Notes: generated by a model not told the origin, from the letters alone. A stretch of DNA of 64,000 nt from Gammaproteobacteria bacterium (GCA_050116575.1 JASFOJ010000006.1:175-64174); one strand, 5' to 3'. Numbered from the stretch's first letter, positions 49,586 through 61,281 are shown. Numbers and translations are program-made.

Positions 49586-50185
49586 TTAAGCGTATTTACG
49601 TTGTTGCTCAATGAAATATTCTGGTTCGTTGCCGGGTTTCCATTTTATGTTGCATCCGACACTGGGCTTTTGTGGCTTGGGTGGCTCCTGTCCTTTCAAT
49701 AGTGCTTCGATTGCGCCCCTTAACTGATCACCCGTAACAGACACATCGTTGTCAGGCCGGCTGTCATCAAAGCGCCCTCTATACACCAGTTTCAGGTTGT
49801 GATCGTAAAGGAAGAAATCCGGTGTACAGGAAGCTTGAAAAGCCTTGGCAACTTCCTGGCTTTCATTATCCAGATAAGGAAACGTAAAACCGTAAGTCTT
49901 TTCCGCCTTTGCCATCCGGTCCGGCCGGTCTTCTTCGTGCTGGGCAGGATCGTTGGCGTTAATGGCGACCGCCGCCAGGCCTTTCGGCTGATATTCCTTG
50001 ATCATTTCAACTAACGCTGGGAGTATATGCGTCGTATAAGGACAATGATGACTGATAAACGCCACCAGCATCGCATTTGCTCCTTCAAAATCCCTTAATT
50101 CATGTAGATTATTATGAACGTCAGGAAGTTTGAAATACGGAGCAGTCGACCCTAGGGGTGTCATTACAGATGGTGTTAATGTCAT
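49586..50185 (-). CDS. Thioredoxin-fold (AhpC/TSA-like) protein with single active-site Cys
   Basis: RBS GAGGAGA. Motif VAFISHHCPYT. Confidence 0.7.
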   Translation of the reverse strand: MTLTPSVMTPLGSTAPYFKLPDVHNNLHELRDFEGANAMLVAFISHHCPYTTHILPALVEMIKEYQPKGLAAVAINANDPAQHEEDRPDRMAKAEKTYGFTFPYLDNESQEVAKAFQASCTPDFFLYDHNLKLVYRGRFDDSRPDNDVSVTGDQLRGAIEALLKGQEPPKPQKPSVGCNIKWKPGNEPEYFIEQQRKYA

Positions 50186-50671
50186 AGACTCACTCTCCTC
50201 AATTCAATGGCTTTAATTAATCAAGTACACCATTGCACAAATGTGGATTCACGGTGATGAATTTATCGAAGCCCATCCAGTCAATAGACGGATACCGGAA
50301 ATATATCGACAAATAAGTCGTGACTGAACGAAAATCATCGTCAGCCTAAACCGTATAAACGCTATGCTAGTTTATAGTCTACGATTTATACAGCAATGAA
50401 ATTTATCAATCGTGGGGCAATAAAAGGTATAGGGGGCGTTGGTAAATAATTTACTATATTTAACAAGCATTAATAATTTCTATCTTTTTAAGGTGTGTAA
50501 CTAGTGAACATATTCGGAGCAACCCATCAAAACCGATGAGCATATCGTATCGTCACAGGATGCGTCACCGCTTGTTTGTGCATCGCAACGTCAACAGCGC
50601 GAAAGCGGAATGGAAGCATCATTATTATTCCAACGGTGTTGGTGGTAACCACCGAACCCAGATATTAAAAT

Positions 50672-52804
50672 CTATTTATTTTGGCGAGCATAACGTATCA
50701 GAACCAGAGATCGACCTCTCACTTTCACCGCGTGGCCAACGGATTTTTCACGGATACCATTTTGACGGCTGCTGGATGTATCAATTAGCTTCGTGCGTCG
50801 ACTGAAGTTTTTCAGTTGCGGCAAAATATATTCAATCGTTTTATCGGATGCGTTCATTATCAACATAAACGTATCATCGGGTTCTCGTTCACCGCGTTCG
50901 GTCAAGTGATATTGACCGGCTTCACCACTTATTAGCAACGCAATAGAAAGTAGAGAATCATTGTGCCAGTCATCCCGCTCCATTTCCTTCCCATTGGATT
51001 TAAGCCAGACGATATCTCGTGTACTGGTTCCGGGAGTCTCTCCGCCATGAAAAAATCGATGACGATGAAAAACGATATGCTCACGCCGTATACGAATAAT
51101 ATCCTGGGTAAATGCCTGTAACGACCGGCCTGCTTCGTTTATGCCCTCCCAATCCAACCAGGTAAGTTCGTTGTCCTGACAATACGCGTTGTTGTTACCG
51201 TGCTGGGTGTGACCAAACTCATCACCCGCCAACATCATGGGTATACCCTGCGACAACATCAGGGTTGCCAGGAAATTCCTTTTTTGCTGCTCCCGGAATT
51301 GGTGGATTTTGGAATCGTCTGTCGGTCCTTCAACACCGCAATTCCAACTGAAGTTATGATCGCTACCGTCGCGATTGTTCTCTTTATTGGCCTCATTGTG
51401 CTTGCTGTTGTAACTCACCAGATCGTGCAGCGTAAAACCATCGTGCGCGGTAACAAAGTTAATACTGGACCACGGCCGCCGACCCCGCCGGTCAAAAATA
51501 TCGGAGGAACCGGCCATTCGCGATGCCAGTTCGGAAAGCTGGCCACTGTCTCCCTTCCAGAACCGGCGCACAGTATCGCGGTAGCGGTCGTTCCACTCCC
51601 CCCATCCTGGTGGAAACGCTCCCAGCCGGTAGCCTCCTTCGCCGGTATCCCATGGCTCGGCGATCAGTTTTATCGTCGCCAACAGTGGATCCTGGGTGAC
51701 CGCATCCAGAAAGCTGGCATGATCATCGAACTTGCCGTTGACACGTGCCAGCGTCGTCGCCAGATCAAAGCGAAAACCATCCACCCGCATTTCCTCTACC
51801 CAATAGCGTAAGGAATCCGTCACCATACGCAGTACGTTAGGGTGGCGCAATTCCAGCGCGTTACCCGTTCCTGTGAAATCATTATAGTAACGCAGGTCTT
51901 CGTCCATCAGATAATAGTAGGATTTGTTGTCGATACCTCGCAATGAGAAGGTGGGGCCAAGATGGTTTCCCTCAGCTGTGTGGTTGTAAACCACGTCGAG
52001 AAATACTTCGATATCGTACTCATGAAGCAACTGGACAAACGTCTTGAATTCATTGATGCCGCCCTTTCCCAGATATTCCGGCTGTGGAGCAAAAAATCCA
52101 ATGGAATTGTACCCCCAATAGTTACGCAATCCTTCGTCGATCAAACGGCGATCATGCACGAACGCATGCACCGGAAGTAATTCCACTGCTGTAATACCCA
52201 ACTCCTTGAGATAACTGACGATGCCGTGCGCCGCCAGGCCCCCAAACGTGCCACGTAAAGCTTCGGGCACGTTTGGGTGGCGCATGGTAAATCCGCGCAC
52301 ATGCATTTCATAGATTACCGAGTCATGCCAGGGTCCTTTTGCCGGTTTGTCTACTCCCCAGGTAAAGGCCGGATCGATTACCTCGCACTTGGGGATAAAC
52401 GGGGCACTATCACGGTCGTCAAAGGATAAGTCCTTGTCGTCCGCGCCTAGCATATAACCGAACAATGCATCATCCCAGTTCAGCCCCCCCACCAGTTTTT
52501 TGGCGTAGGGATCGATAAGCAGTTTGTGATGATTGAAGCGATGCCCGTTTTGCGGATCATAAGGACCATAAACACGATAACCATAAAGTTGTCCGGCACG
52601 CACATCCGGTAAATAGCCATGCCAGACTTCGTTGGTGTATTCCGGCAACGGCACGCGATCCACCTCGCGTTTCCCGTCGCTGTCAAAAAGGCACAGCTCC
52701 ACCTTTTCAGCGTGTGCCGAAAACAGTGCAAAATTAGTCCCGGTTCCGTCCCAAGTGGCCCCCAAAGGATACGGGTGCCCTGGCCAGACGCGCTGTTTAG
52801 TCAT
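50672..52804 (-). CDS. glgX: Glycogen debranching enzyme (isoamylase-type GH13)
   Basis: 710 aa. GH13 regions FRFDLA and EPWD. The N-terminus is typical of GlgX. Confidence 0.95.
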   Translation of the reverse strand: MTKQRVWPGHPYPLGATWDGTGTNFALFSAHAEKVELCLFDSDGKREVDRVPLPEYTNEVWHGYLPDVRAGQLYGYRVYGPYDPQNGHRFNHHKLLIDPYAKKLVGGLNWDDALFGYMLGADDKDLSFDDRDSAPFIPKCEVIDPAFTWGVDKPAKGPWHDSVIYEMHVRGFTMRHPNVPEALRGTFGGLAAHGIVSYLKELGITAVELLPVHAFVHDRRLIDEGLRNYWGYNSIGFFAPQPEYLGKGGINEFKTFVQLLHEYDIEVFLDVVYNHTAEGNHLGPTFSLRGIDNKSYYYLMDEDLRYYNDFTGTGNALELRHPNVLRMVTDSLRYWVEEMRVDGFRFDLATTLARVNGKFDDHASFLDAVTQDPLLATIKLIAEPWDTGEGGYRLGAFPPGWGEWNDRYRDTVRRFWKGDSGQLSELASRMAGSSDIFDRRGRRPWSSINFVTAHDGFTLHDLVSYNSKHNEANKENNRDGSDHNFSWNCGVEGPTDDSKIHQFREQQKRNFLATLMLSQGIPMMLAGDEFGHTQHGNNNAYCQDNELTWLDWEGINEAGRSLQAFTQDIIRIRREHIVFHRHRFFHGGETPGTSTRDIVWLKSNGKEMERDDWHNDSLLSIALLISGEAGQYHLTERGEREPDDTFMLIMNASDKTIEYILPQLKNFSRRTKLIDTSSSRQNGIREKSVGHAVKVRGRSLVLIRYARQNK

Positions 52805-53778
52805 AGATAATTATTCAACTCCACTGTGTAGTTAATACCAGAGCCCAGTCTCGCCCAATAGATCAATGTAAATTCAGTTAACCGCTACGGGTCAAATAAC
52901 ATCACCAGACGTCACAATTGCGTCACGATGACTCAATACATATCGGTTTTCGCTTCGATCAGAACGCGGCCGTGTTGCGATGAAGATCGACAGGTGCCCT
53001 GGTCGAGTCCGCGCCGTCACATTCACACATTATATCTATGGTATTCATTTAACAATTGCATTGACATTACGCAACATTCTTTCATTTCGATTTCCGCCGC
53101 GCAATTTGAAGTTTCCTGTCAAGCCAACACGTTACCCGAATAGTAGTACCGACGAATTGACCCATTTCAATGCAGTTTATCAGCACCGTCATTAATTTAA
53201 TATCAACCTTTGAAACCGACTCATTACTGGCTAGCTTAGATGAAGAAAAAGCATACTTTCTCAAATATAGATGCAAGATCAATGGTTCGATTGGTTATAC
53301 TTTTCGCACTAACACTATACGCAGTAATCATCTTTGTTCCGTGGATATAGTGCCGGCTGTTGCTGCCTAAAAACGCCTGACTATATTACTGACAGTAACA
53401 TTTCCGGCCACATAAAAAGTGGATTTGCTTTTGATCCAGCCTAGCTGTTTCAGATGTCAATGTTTACACCAACAATGGCATTGCAACACCCACCGACACT
53501 GTTACCATTATACGGCTAAAAAAACCGGCTACGCACATCGCCAATACTGTGTGCGGCGTACGCGCCGTTGTCAATCGTATGAGTGCTGATCCCATTTTTG
53601 ACAACACCGCCTAAAAACTGCGCGAAGAAATACAATCAGTAGATATTAATGTTGTTAACAATGACAAAGTAACGGGAAGTGAAATCAAATGCATTAATTG
53701 ATATGTATCTATAATATATTTGATTGAATTTGATACTATTTTTAGCGAGTTTACAAAACCATCTATGGAATTGACTAT

Positions 53779-55500
53779 ATGCCACTACATAATCGGGAAA
53801 TCGCTGACAAATTTGACGAACTGGCTGATCTGCTGGAAATTGAAGGCGCCAACCGTTTCCGTGTCCGGGCCTACCGCGATGCCGCCAGAACCGTGCGCGG
53901 TTATTCAAAAAGCATGAATGATTTAGTGAAAAGCGAAAGCGATCTCACGGAACTACCCGGTATTGGCAAAGACCTTGCCGAAAAAATAAAAATCATGACC
54001 AAAACGGGCAAGCTGCCATTGTTGCAGGAAGTCGAAAAGCACGTGCCCCCTGCGCTCAGCGAAATCATGCATATCGAGGGAGTCGGTCCAAAACGCACCA
54101 AAATGCTTTATGACAAGCTCCAGGTTAGCTCCACCGACGACCTCAAAAAAGCGCTAACCGAGGGAAAAGTGCGGGAGCTGGAAGGCTTTGGGAAAAAGAC
54201 CGAGCAAACGATCAAGGACCGCCTGGGAAAATTCACCGGTACCAAACAACGTACCAAGCTTATTGAAGCGGAAGATATTGCCAAGCCGTTGCTTGCATAT
54301 ATCAATAAGAGCAAGGGTATTAAACAAGCCATCGTCGCTGGCAGTTACCGTCGGCGTAAGGAAACTGTGGGTGATCTTGATATCCTGGTAACCGTAAAAC
54401 AGGACAATAACGTCATGGAACGTTTCATTAAATATGACGAAGTTGACGAAATCATCTCACAGGGTAAAACCCGCTCCACGGTGCAATTGCGCTCCGGCAT
54501 ACACATCGATTTGCGTGCGGTTCCGCAGGTTAGCTACGGCGCCGCCCTGCACTACTTCACCGGTTCCAAAGCTCACAATATTGCGATACGTAAGATAGGT
54601 GTCAAGAAAGGTTACAAAATCAACGAATACGGCGTGTTTAAAGGTGACAAACGTATCGCTGGCAAAACCGAAGAAGAAGTTTACAAGAAAGTCGGATTGC
54701 CTTACATCGTGCCGGAACTGCGTGAGGACCGCGGCGAAATCGATGCGGCGAAAAAAGGCAAACTGCCTGAGTTAATTAGATTGAAAGATATTCGCGGCGA
54801 CCTGCACAGTCACACCAAGGCCACCGATGGCCATGAGACGCTCGAACAAATGGCAAAAGCCGCTGCGGACCGGCATTATCAATATCTGGCCATCACTGAC
54901 CACAGCAAACATGTCACCGTGGCGCACGGACTCGACAAAACACGGTTACTGAAACAAATTAAAGCGATCGACAAATTAAACGGGAAACTTGACAACATCA
55001 GATTGCTTAAATCCAGCGAAGTGGATATCCTGGAAGACGGATCATTGGATCTACCGGATAGCATCCTTAAAGAGCTGGATCTTACGGTCTGTTCAATACA
55101 CTACAAGTTCAACCTTTCCCGTAAAAAACAAACCGAGCGCATCATTCGCGCGATGGACAATCCTTATTTTAATATTTTTGCCCATCCTCACGGGCGCTTA
55201 ATTAATGAACGGGAATCCTACGATATTGATATGGCGGCTGTCATGAAGGCCGCTAAAGAGCGCAACTGCATTATTGAACTCAACGCCCACCCGGACCGCC
55301 TGGACCTTATGGATGACGATTGTATTTTAGCCAAACAAATTGGTATCAAAATCGCAATTTCCACCGATGCTCACAGCACTTTTCACCTGGATTACATGAG
55401 ATTTGGCGTGGACCAAGCACGGCGTGGTTGGTTGGAAAAGGACGATGTTATCAACACACGCCCCCTGAACAAATTGCTCAAATCACTAAAACGGACTTAG
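53779..55500 (+). CDS. polX: DNA polymerase X family protein with C-terminal PHP domain
   Basis: N-terminal HhH lyase region (LADLLEIEGANRFRVRAYRDAARTV). Nucleotidyltransferase motif GSYRRRKETVGDLDILV. PHP motifs HSHTKATDGH. Confidence 0.9.
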   Translation: MPLHNREIADKFDELADLLEIEGANRFRVRAYRDAARTVRGYSKSMNDLVKSESDLTELPGIGKDLAEKIKIMTKTGKLPLLQEVEKHVPPALSEIMHIEGVGPKRTKMLYDKLQVSSTDDLKKALTEGKVRELEGFGKKTEQTIKDRLGKFTGTKQRTKLIEAEDIAKPLLAYINKSKGIKQAIVAGSYRRRKETVGDLDILVTVKQDNNVMERFIKYDEVDEIISQGKTRSTVQLRSGIHIDLRAVPQVSYGAALHYFTGSKAHNIAIRKIGVKKGYKINEYGVFKGDKRIAGKTEEEVYKKVGLPYIVPELREDRGEIDAAKKGKLPELIRLKDIRGDLHSHTKATDGHETLEQMAKAAADRHYQYLAITDHSKHVTVAHGLDKTRLLKQIKAIDKLNGKLDNIRLLKSSEVDILEDGSLDLPDSILKELDLTVCSIHYKFNLSRKKQTERIIRAMDNPYFNIFAHPHGRLINERESYDIDMAAVMKAAKERNCIIELNAHPDRLDLMDDDCILAKQIGIKIAISTDAHSTFHLDYMRFGVDQARRGWLEKDDVINTRPLNKLLKSLKRT

Positions 55501-55631
55501 ATCTACTCCCCATCTTACGATTGATACAATTGCACACTGCCGAAGTACGGTCATGCTTCCCGCATGACTTAACGATGAACGCCGAAAAACCAAGCTGGTT
55601 CAAACAACGATGACTAAGCGATTTCTCGTCA

Positions 55632-55943
55632 TTAACCGCTTACACTATATGCACACAAATTAATATCTACTGTATAATCCGACGTTAACTGCAGCCCTAC
55701 TCTGGACCCATTAATATGAGCGACCTGCGCCGGCAAACACAATGTTTTGTTCTTTCCACATGTTATATATACCTCCAGCTCAAGCGGCAAAGCCTTTGGA
55801 GGTTTCTGTGTATCTATCATTATACCGGTAGGCGATAAATTAATGGCAATTCCTGGAATAAAGGCCCCATTATACCCAATCAGCACGTGATTAAATGTAT
55901 CCACCCGCTGGTGCTTTCGGCTTTCCTTTCTGGTCATCTTCAT
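55632..55943 (-). CDS. PilZ domain protein (putative c-di-GMP receptor)
   Basis: An RxxxR motif near the N-terminus (RKHQR) and a D/NxSxxG motif (NLSPTGIMI). Confidence 0.6.
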   Translation of the reverse strand: MKMTRKESRKHQRVDTFNHVLIGYNGAFIPGIAINLSPTGIMIDTQKPPKALPLELEVYITCGKNKTLCLPAQVAHINGSRVGLQLTSDYTVDINLCAYSVSG

Positions 55944-56383
55944 AAAAATGTCCTGTCTGTTTTAACAGCGCTATGCATCGCCAGCGATCACCTCTATATT
56001 CACTGGCACTGGATTACCGGCAGAAACCATGCCTGTCAGATGGGTGCTAACTTATTATTACTGTAATTTTATTATCTGGTTGGGTATAACGTTTTAAACG
56101 TTGCAACACTTAAACGTGACTATCTTTACTGGACTATATTCAGTGGATCATATTTACATGCTCCGAATCCACACCGCTTACTTCTTTCATACCATATTGT
56201 TATTTTTAACAACTGACTAATGGATATTTAGACCCGGGTTATCCGTTATCTCCCGATGATCTTATGTCAACATTTCCGACAATGACACATTACTATTATG
56301 ACACTATGACTGCGCCTTTTGCGGCCGATTTTGTTCGATTTGATCACGTTTCTCGTTGCTACCTTTTAAGTTACTAAATCTTG

Positions 56384-56617
56384 CTACATACCAATTAATT
56401 CAGCATGCATATTAAACTGCTCTACCACTTTCAGAAACGTTGTGGAATTAACAATATCCGGGTTATATTCCACCACGATTAAATGGGATTTTTCATTATT
56501 ATAGGTGGCGCTTATCACGCCTTTTTGCTGCAGCAGTTGTTCACGAAGCGCCTTCCTGTCGGCCTCTGACGTTTCCTCGTCAATATGCAATGTGACATCG
56601 GATACTTTGGCTGTCAT
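56384..56617 (-). CDS. Small hypothetical protein (77 aa, ferredoxin-like/HMA-like beta-alpha-beta pattern without Cys)
   Basis: RBS AAGGAGA before MTAKVSD. No recognisable catalytic or metal-binding motifs. Confidence 0.4.
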   Translation of the reverse strand: MTAKVSDVTLHIDEETSEADRKALREQLLQQKGVISATYNNEKSHLIVVEYNPDIVNSTTFLKVVEQFNMHAELIGM

Positions 56618-57738
56618 GATTTTATCTCCTTGCCCCCGATTAGCTACCATTTTGTTTACTATAGTCAAGATTGGATAATGCTTCCATTAGGGTTTAACAT
56701 ATTCCATAAAATGTTCAATTATCGGCTTTATCGCGGCTTAATATTGAAATTGCATTTTTCGTATAACGCTATCCTGCCATTTCTAATTGTAACTGCTGCT
56801 GAAATCCCATAACCTTCAAATTCCGCAGTTATTATTTTAGACAGGTATAAATAAATGATGTTAGGAGATAACTACTAAAATTTACATGAGACCGATGGTT
56901 GATTATAGTTTTACGTATTCTCCAGGTAAGGTGTTATAATTTTGGCGCCATCACGTTGATAAATAATATTGGTTATAGACACTTTTTCTATAACAGAAGT
57001 ATTGTTTAACGCCGCGATCTGGTCTATTTACGTTTGTTAAGAAAATAAATTAACCCTATTGTATTTAGCGAGATCAAGTATTGTTTTTCAACTAATTATT
57101 ATAAATGGAAACCACAGATAGCCGGCCAATTCCGCGCCAGTTTGTTCACCATAAGCGTTACCATTGTTGCGAAAACCATTATATGAATACAGAGATGTAC
57201 CGGCTCTTTTAGATTTCGTGGTGGTTACGCGTTCCAGTGACAAGTTATAATACAGGCGCGCAGTAGCCCTCCCCTGAATGCCGTGATCCGGCGACAGTTT
57301 CCGGGTATGTCCGCAAAGGCCGATTATAATTTTTTATACCGAATAACTTATCGCATGGATATGCATCCCTTCGAATGTCAGTCTTGCCTCACCATAAAAT
57401 ATTGATATCCTTACACCCAAACTGTATTGCAAGGTAGTGTTTATTGGTATTTGTCTCGACCGATATATAATGATTGAAGTAGAAAAAGTGGGTTCGCGAC
57501 ATAGACTTCTAGCAAACGCCAGTGATTTTAGTCAAAAAATCGACACAAATTGCTTGTAATTCGTTGACAGACGTTTTCGGAAAGAAAATAATCTATACCA
57601 GATAACAGGTGATAACCGAAGGAACCTTAAGCATTTTTCAGCAATTTCTACAATGATTCCGGGCATTCATATCACATATATAGTTGATGCAAGTTGTTGA
57701 TCAAGCCCCACCCAAATGGTGACACCAGGAAGTATAAA

Positions 57739-59565
57739 ATGCCTGAATCCGACTTCAAAGCCGATATCTCCCGCCACATCTGGGATACAAAATACCGCTG
57801 GCGTAACGGCAGCCAGATACAGGACCGGAAAATTCAGGATACCTGGCACCGTGTCTCCCGGGCTTTAGCGTCCGCGGAACAAGATAGTGGTTCCTGGGAA
57901 CAACAGTTTTACCACGCACTTGAGGATTTCAAATTCCTGCCCGGAGGCCGTATCATGGCAGGCGCGGGAACCGGCCATCATGTCACTTTGTTTAATTGTT
58001 TTGTCATGGGTTTAATCGAAGATTCAATGGATGGCATCTTCGACGGTCTCAAACAAGGGGCGATCACTATGCAACAAGGGGGTGGCGTGGGCTACGATTT
58101 CTCCACCCTGCGTCCGCGGGGCACCGTCGCTCATACTACGGGTACCGTGGCTTCGGGTCCAGTTTCGTTTATGCGTATCTGGAATGCCATGTGCGCAACG
58201 GTACTTTCCACGGGTGCACGCCGTGGTGCTATGATGGCTACGCTACGTTGCGATCACCCAGATGTAGTGGAGTTTATCACCGCAAAGCGAACATCCGGTG
58301 AACTAAACCATTTCAATCTGTCTGTTCAGGTATTTGACGAATTCATGGACGCGGTTCACGCAGACCGCGAGTGGCCGTTGGTTTTCCCGCTTCAGGACAT
58401 CAGTGAAAGCCAACACAGCCACGAAGAAATCGTCCACAAACACTGGCCCGGCAAAAAAGAGCCAGTACCCTGCCGCGTTATTAATCGCATTAACGCCCGC
58501 GAACTGTGGGATAAAATAATGCGATCGACGTACGACTTTGCCGAGCCGGGAGTATTATTCATTGACCGGATTAACCAGCAAAATAATCTTTGGTATAGGG
58601 AACACATATCAGCCACCAATCCCTGCGGTGAGATTCCGCTACCGCCCTATGGTGCCTGTAATCTCGGCTCCATTAACCTAACCCGTTTTGTGGTTGCTCC
58701 TTTCACGCCGCAAGCACATATTGATTTCGAGGGTATTCGGCAATTGGTTCCAACGCTCGTACGTATGATGGACAACGTCATCGATGTATCTCAGTTCCCC
58801 CTACAACAGCAAGCAGATACCGAACGGTTCAACCGCCGCATTGGACTTGGCCTTACCGGACTGGCAGACTGCTTGATCATGCTGGGGTTGCGATATGATG
58901 AAGCCAAGGCGCGTGATATCGCGGCCCGCGCCATGGAAACAATATGTCATGCAGCTTATATGGCATCCATTGAGCTGGCCAGGGAAAAAGGCTCATTTCC
59001 CTGGTTTGAGGCGGATAAATATCTACAAGGCCAGTTTATTCAGTCTCTACCTGACACCATTAAACAAGGCATTCAAAAACACGGCATTCGCAACAGCCAT
59101 TTACTGGCGATTGCCCCAACTGGCACTATCAGCCTGCTCGCCAATAATGTGTCTAGTGGCATTGAACCAGTATACGACTTTGAATATAAACGCCGTGTAC
59201 TGGAGCTGGATGGCAGTTATAAACAATACAGTGTCACAGACTATGCGGCCACTATCTGGCGTGCAACTGATGGCCAGAAACAAATGCCTAACCAATGTAT
59301 CAGCATCGCTGACCTCACACCGGAAGCGCATTTAAAAATGCAGGCGGCACTTCAGCCATTTGTCGATAATTCTATCTCTAAAACAATTAATATACCTGAA
59401 TCCTTTCCTTATGAGTCCTTCAAGGCGGTTTATGAATTGGCCTACCAGCAAGGCCTTAAGGGATGTACTACTTTCCGTCCCAATGAAGTAACCGGCTCAA
59501 TTCTGGAAACCGGCACAGGAGCCCGTTCCCACCATTGTTGCAGCTTGGAACGTGAAGCGGATTAA
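57739..59565 (+). CDS. nrdJ: Class II (adenosylcobalamin-dependent) ribonucleotide reductase
   Basis: RBS AGGAAG. Thiyl-radical loop NPCGEIPLPPYGACNLGSINL. C-terminal CC redox pair. About 609 aa, at the short end for NrdJ. Confidence 0.8.
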   Translation: MPESDFKADISRHIWDTKYRWRNGSQIQDRKIQDTWHRVSRALASAEQDSGSWEQQFYHALEDFKFLPGGRIMAGAGTGHHVTLFNCFVMGLIEDSMDGIFDGLKQGAITMQQGGGVGYDFSTLRPRGTVAHTTGTVASGPVSFMRIWNAMCATVLSTGARRGAMMATLRCDHPDVVEFITAKRTSGELNHFNLSVQVFDEFMDAVHADREWPLVFPLQDISESQHSHEEIVHKHWPGKKEPVPCRVINRINARELWDKIMRSTYDFAEPGVLFIDRINQQNNLWYREHISATNPCGEIPLPPYGACNLGSINLTRFVVAPFTPQAHIDFEGIRQLVPTLVRMMDNVIDVSQFPLQQQADTERFNRRIGLGLTGLADCLIMLGLRYDEAKARDIAARAMETICHAAYMASIELAREKGSFPWFEADKYLQGQFIQSLPDTIKQGIQKHGIRNSHLLAIAPTGTISLLANNVSSGIEPVYDFEYKRRVLELDGSYKQYSVTDYAATIWRATDGQKQMPNQCISIADLTPEAHLKMQAALQPFVDNSISKTINIPESFPYESFKAVYELAYQQGLKGCTTFRPNEVTGSILETGTGARSHHCCSLEREAD

Positions 59566-59744
59566 CCGTCTTAATATGATATATCGCATGTTTCCCTCCC
59601 CGATAAGACTATGAATATATAAAGTTTATTTCACACCATGGTTTAGTCGGCAACAAACTAATTGCGATATATCAATGCGAGTATTGATTATTATTCGTCT
59701 AATACCTGTATCAGATAAACCAAAAAAACTGGAGGAAGTTTGCG

Positions 59745-60410
59745 ATGAGCCAGACGGTCAAAATACTAATGACTGAATTCCTCACTCATGACGTTAAACG
59801 GTTTATCGTGAGCAAGCCCGAAGACTTTATCTTTAAACCGGGTCAGGGCGTCGAGCTGGCTATAAATCAAAAAGGCTGGATCGAAGAGACCCGCCCCTTT
59901 ACCCCTACGTCATTAACTGACGATCGCGTCCTGGAATTTACGATAAAATCCTATCCTCAGCACAACGGAGTTACCCAAAAGCTACATGAACTGAAAGCCG
60001 GTGATGAACTGTTATTGAGCGAACCCTTTGGCACTATAACCTACCATGGTCCGGGTACATTTATTGCCGGTGGCGCCGGCGTTACGCCCTTTGTCGCGAT
60101 ATTCCGTTCTTTGGCTCGCCAAAATAAGCTGGAAAATAATTCACTGGTTTTTTCAAATAAGACACCCGCGGACATCATCTGCGAAAAAGAATTCAAACAT
60201 TACCTGCAAGACCGCTGTATTCTAACCTGTACGCGGGAAGCGACGTCAGGTTACGATAACCGGCGCGTTGATGAGGCTTTCCTGAAGGAAAACCTTGACG
60301 ACTTCAATCAATACTTCTATGTTTGCGGCCCAAAAAAGTTTGTGTCCAACATAAACAGCACATTGGAAGCGCTTGGCGCCAATTCCGAAACAGTGGTTTT
60401 TGAACGCTAG
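59745..60410 (+). CDS. FNR-family FAD/NAD(P)-binding oxidoreductase (flavodoxin-reductase-like)
   Basis: RBS GGAGGAAG. RPFTP motif (RxY/FS/T-type FAD site). GGAGVTPF NAD(P) loop. Confidence 0.7.
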   Translation: MSQTVKILMTEFLTHDVKRFIVSKPEDFIFKPGQGVELAINQKGWIEETRPFTPTSLTDDRVLEFTIKSYPQHNGVTQKLHELKAGDELLLSEPFGTITYHGPGTFIAGGAGVTPFVAIFRSLARQNKLENNSLVFSNKTPADIICEKEFKHYLQDRCILTCTREATSGYDNRRVDEAFLKENLDDFNQYFYVCGPKKFVSNINSTLEALGANSETVVFER

Positions 60411-60498
60411 CTGGCAGTTGCCGCAACTCCAATTTTAATTGCTGATGCTATTGCTTTTGTAGCGTCAAACACCTGCTTCAATGACAAAGGCCCCGTTA

Positions 60499-60693
60499 AT
60501 GTCAACATTACCCGACAGAGCAGATCCGCCGGACAAAAAGGTTCCGTGCGAAAAATGCCAAAAAGAAATCCCCCTGTCCGAGGCGTTCACTTCGGAAACC
60601 GAGGATTACGTATTATATTTCTGTGGTGCGGAACGTTTTGAACAATGGCGGAAAAATGCTGAACGCGAGTACGACAACCCGAATTCTCGGTAG
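60499..60693 (+). CDS. Small cysteine-containing hypothetical protein (CxxC...C)
   Basis: Motifs KVPCEKCQKEIP and YFCGAERF. The start was chosen at the internal Met; function unknown. Confidence 0.4.
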   Translation: MSTLPDRADPPDKKVPCEKCQKEIPLSEAFTSETEDYVLYFCGAERFEQWRKNAEREYDNPNSR

Positions 60694-61281
60694 CGACATT
60701 CAGATTTTTGTTATCGTTGCTGGCTCGCAACTCGCCGTGGCTCCGACTTATCCCCGTTTTTATATTGGTTAATGAGTACGCAATAAGCTCACCCGCTGTG
60801 GATAATCGATTCCTGGTGAGTGGTAGGATTTTGAAATTCCAATAAAAATTGAATATTTGTGGCGTTATTTTCCGGATTGGGAACCAATTCCGCAGTTATA
60901 TGGTCTTAAGTTATTAATATTCCAGAAATTAAATAATCGATATTCACAATAAGAATTCGCATCAAATATTAAAAACTCACGTCAATTATCAACCACTTTG
61001 TGATTGGACACTAGCGCGATTGGTTATTTAGTGTTTGATGTATGTCAAAATATAAAATCATCGTTACTTATATATTATTTGAGAGCCAATTTAAAAATAA
61101 AATGGCCAGCGTTTATTGCGCTTATGGCATAAGGGGTTGGTAAAATTTGTTTGATACTGAATCCGCATTCATTCTCTCAAATTAGCTACTTAGCTGAAAA
61201 ATAGACGCCGGAAGGCGCCGTCACCCTATTAAACGTCAGATCTACTCAAACAACGATGAAACGATAAAGGAGTACAATTCT

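Noticed and set aside
57660-57710. Possible NrdR box or cobalamin riboswitch upstream of nrdJ.
   Set aside because: The AT-rich palindrome-like stretch atcacatatatagttgat does not fit the 16-bp NrdR consensus (acaCwAtATaTwGtgt) in any register. I could find no GCCACTG or B12-box elements in the 1-kb leader. Without a PWM or CM scan the claim is unsupported.
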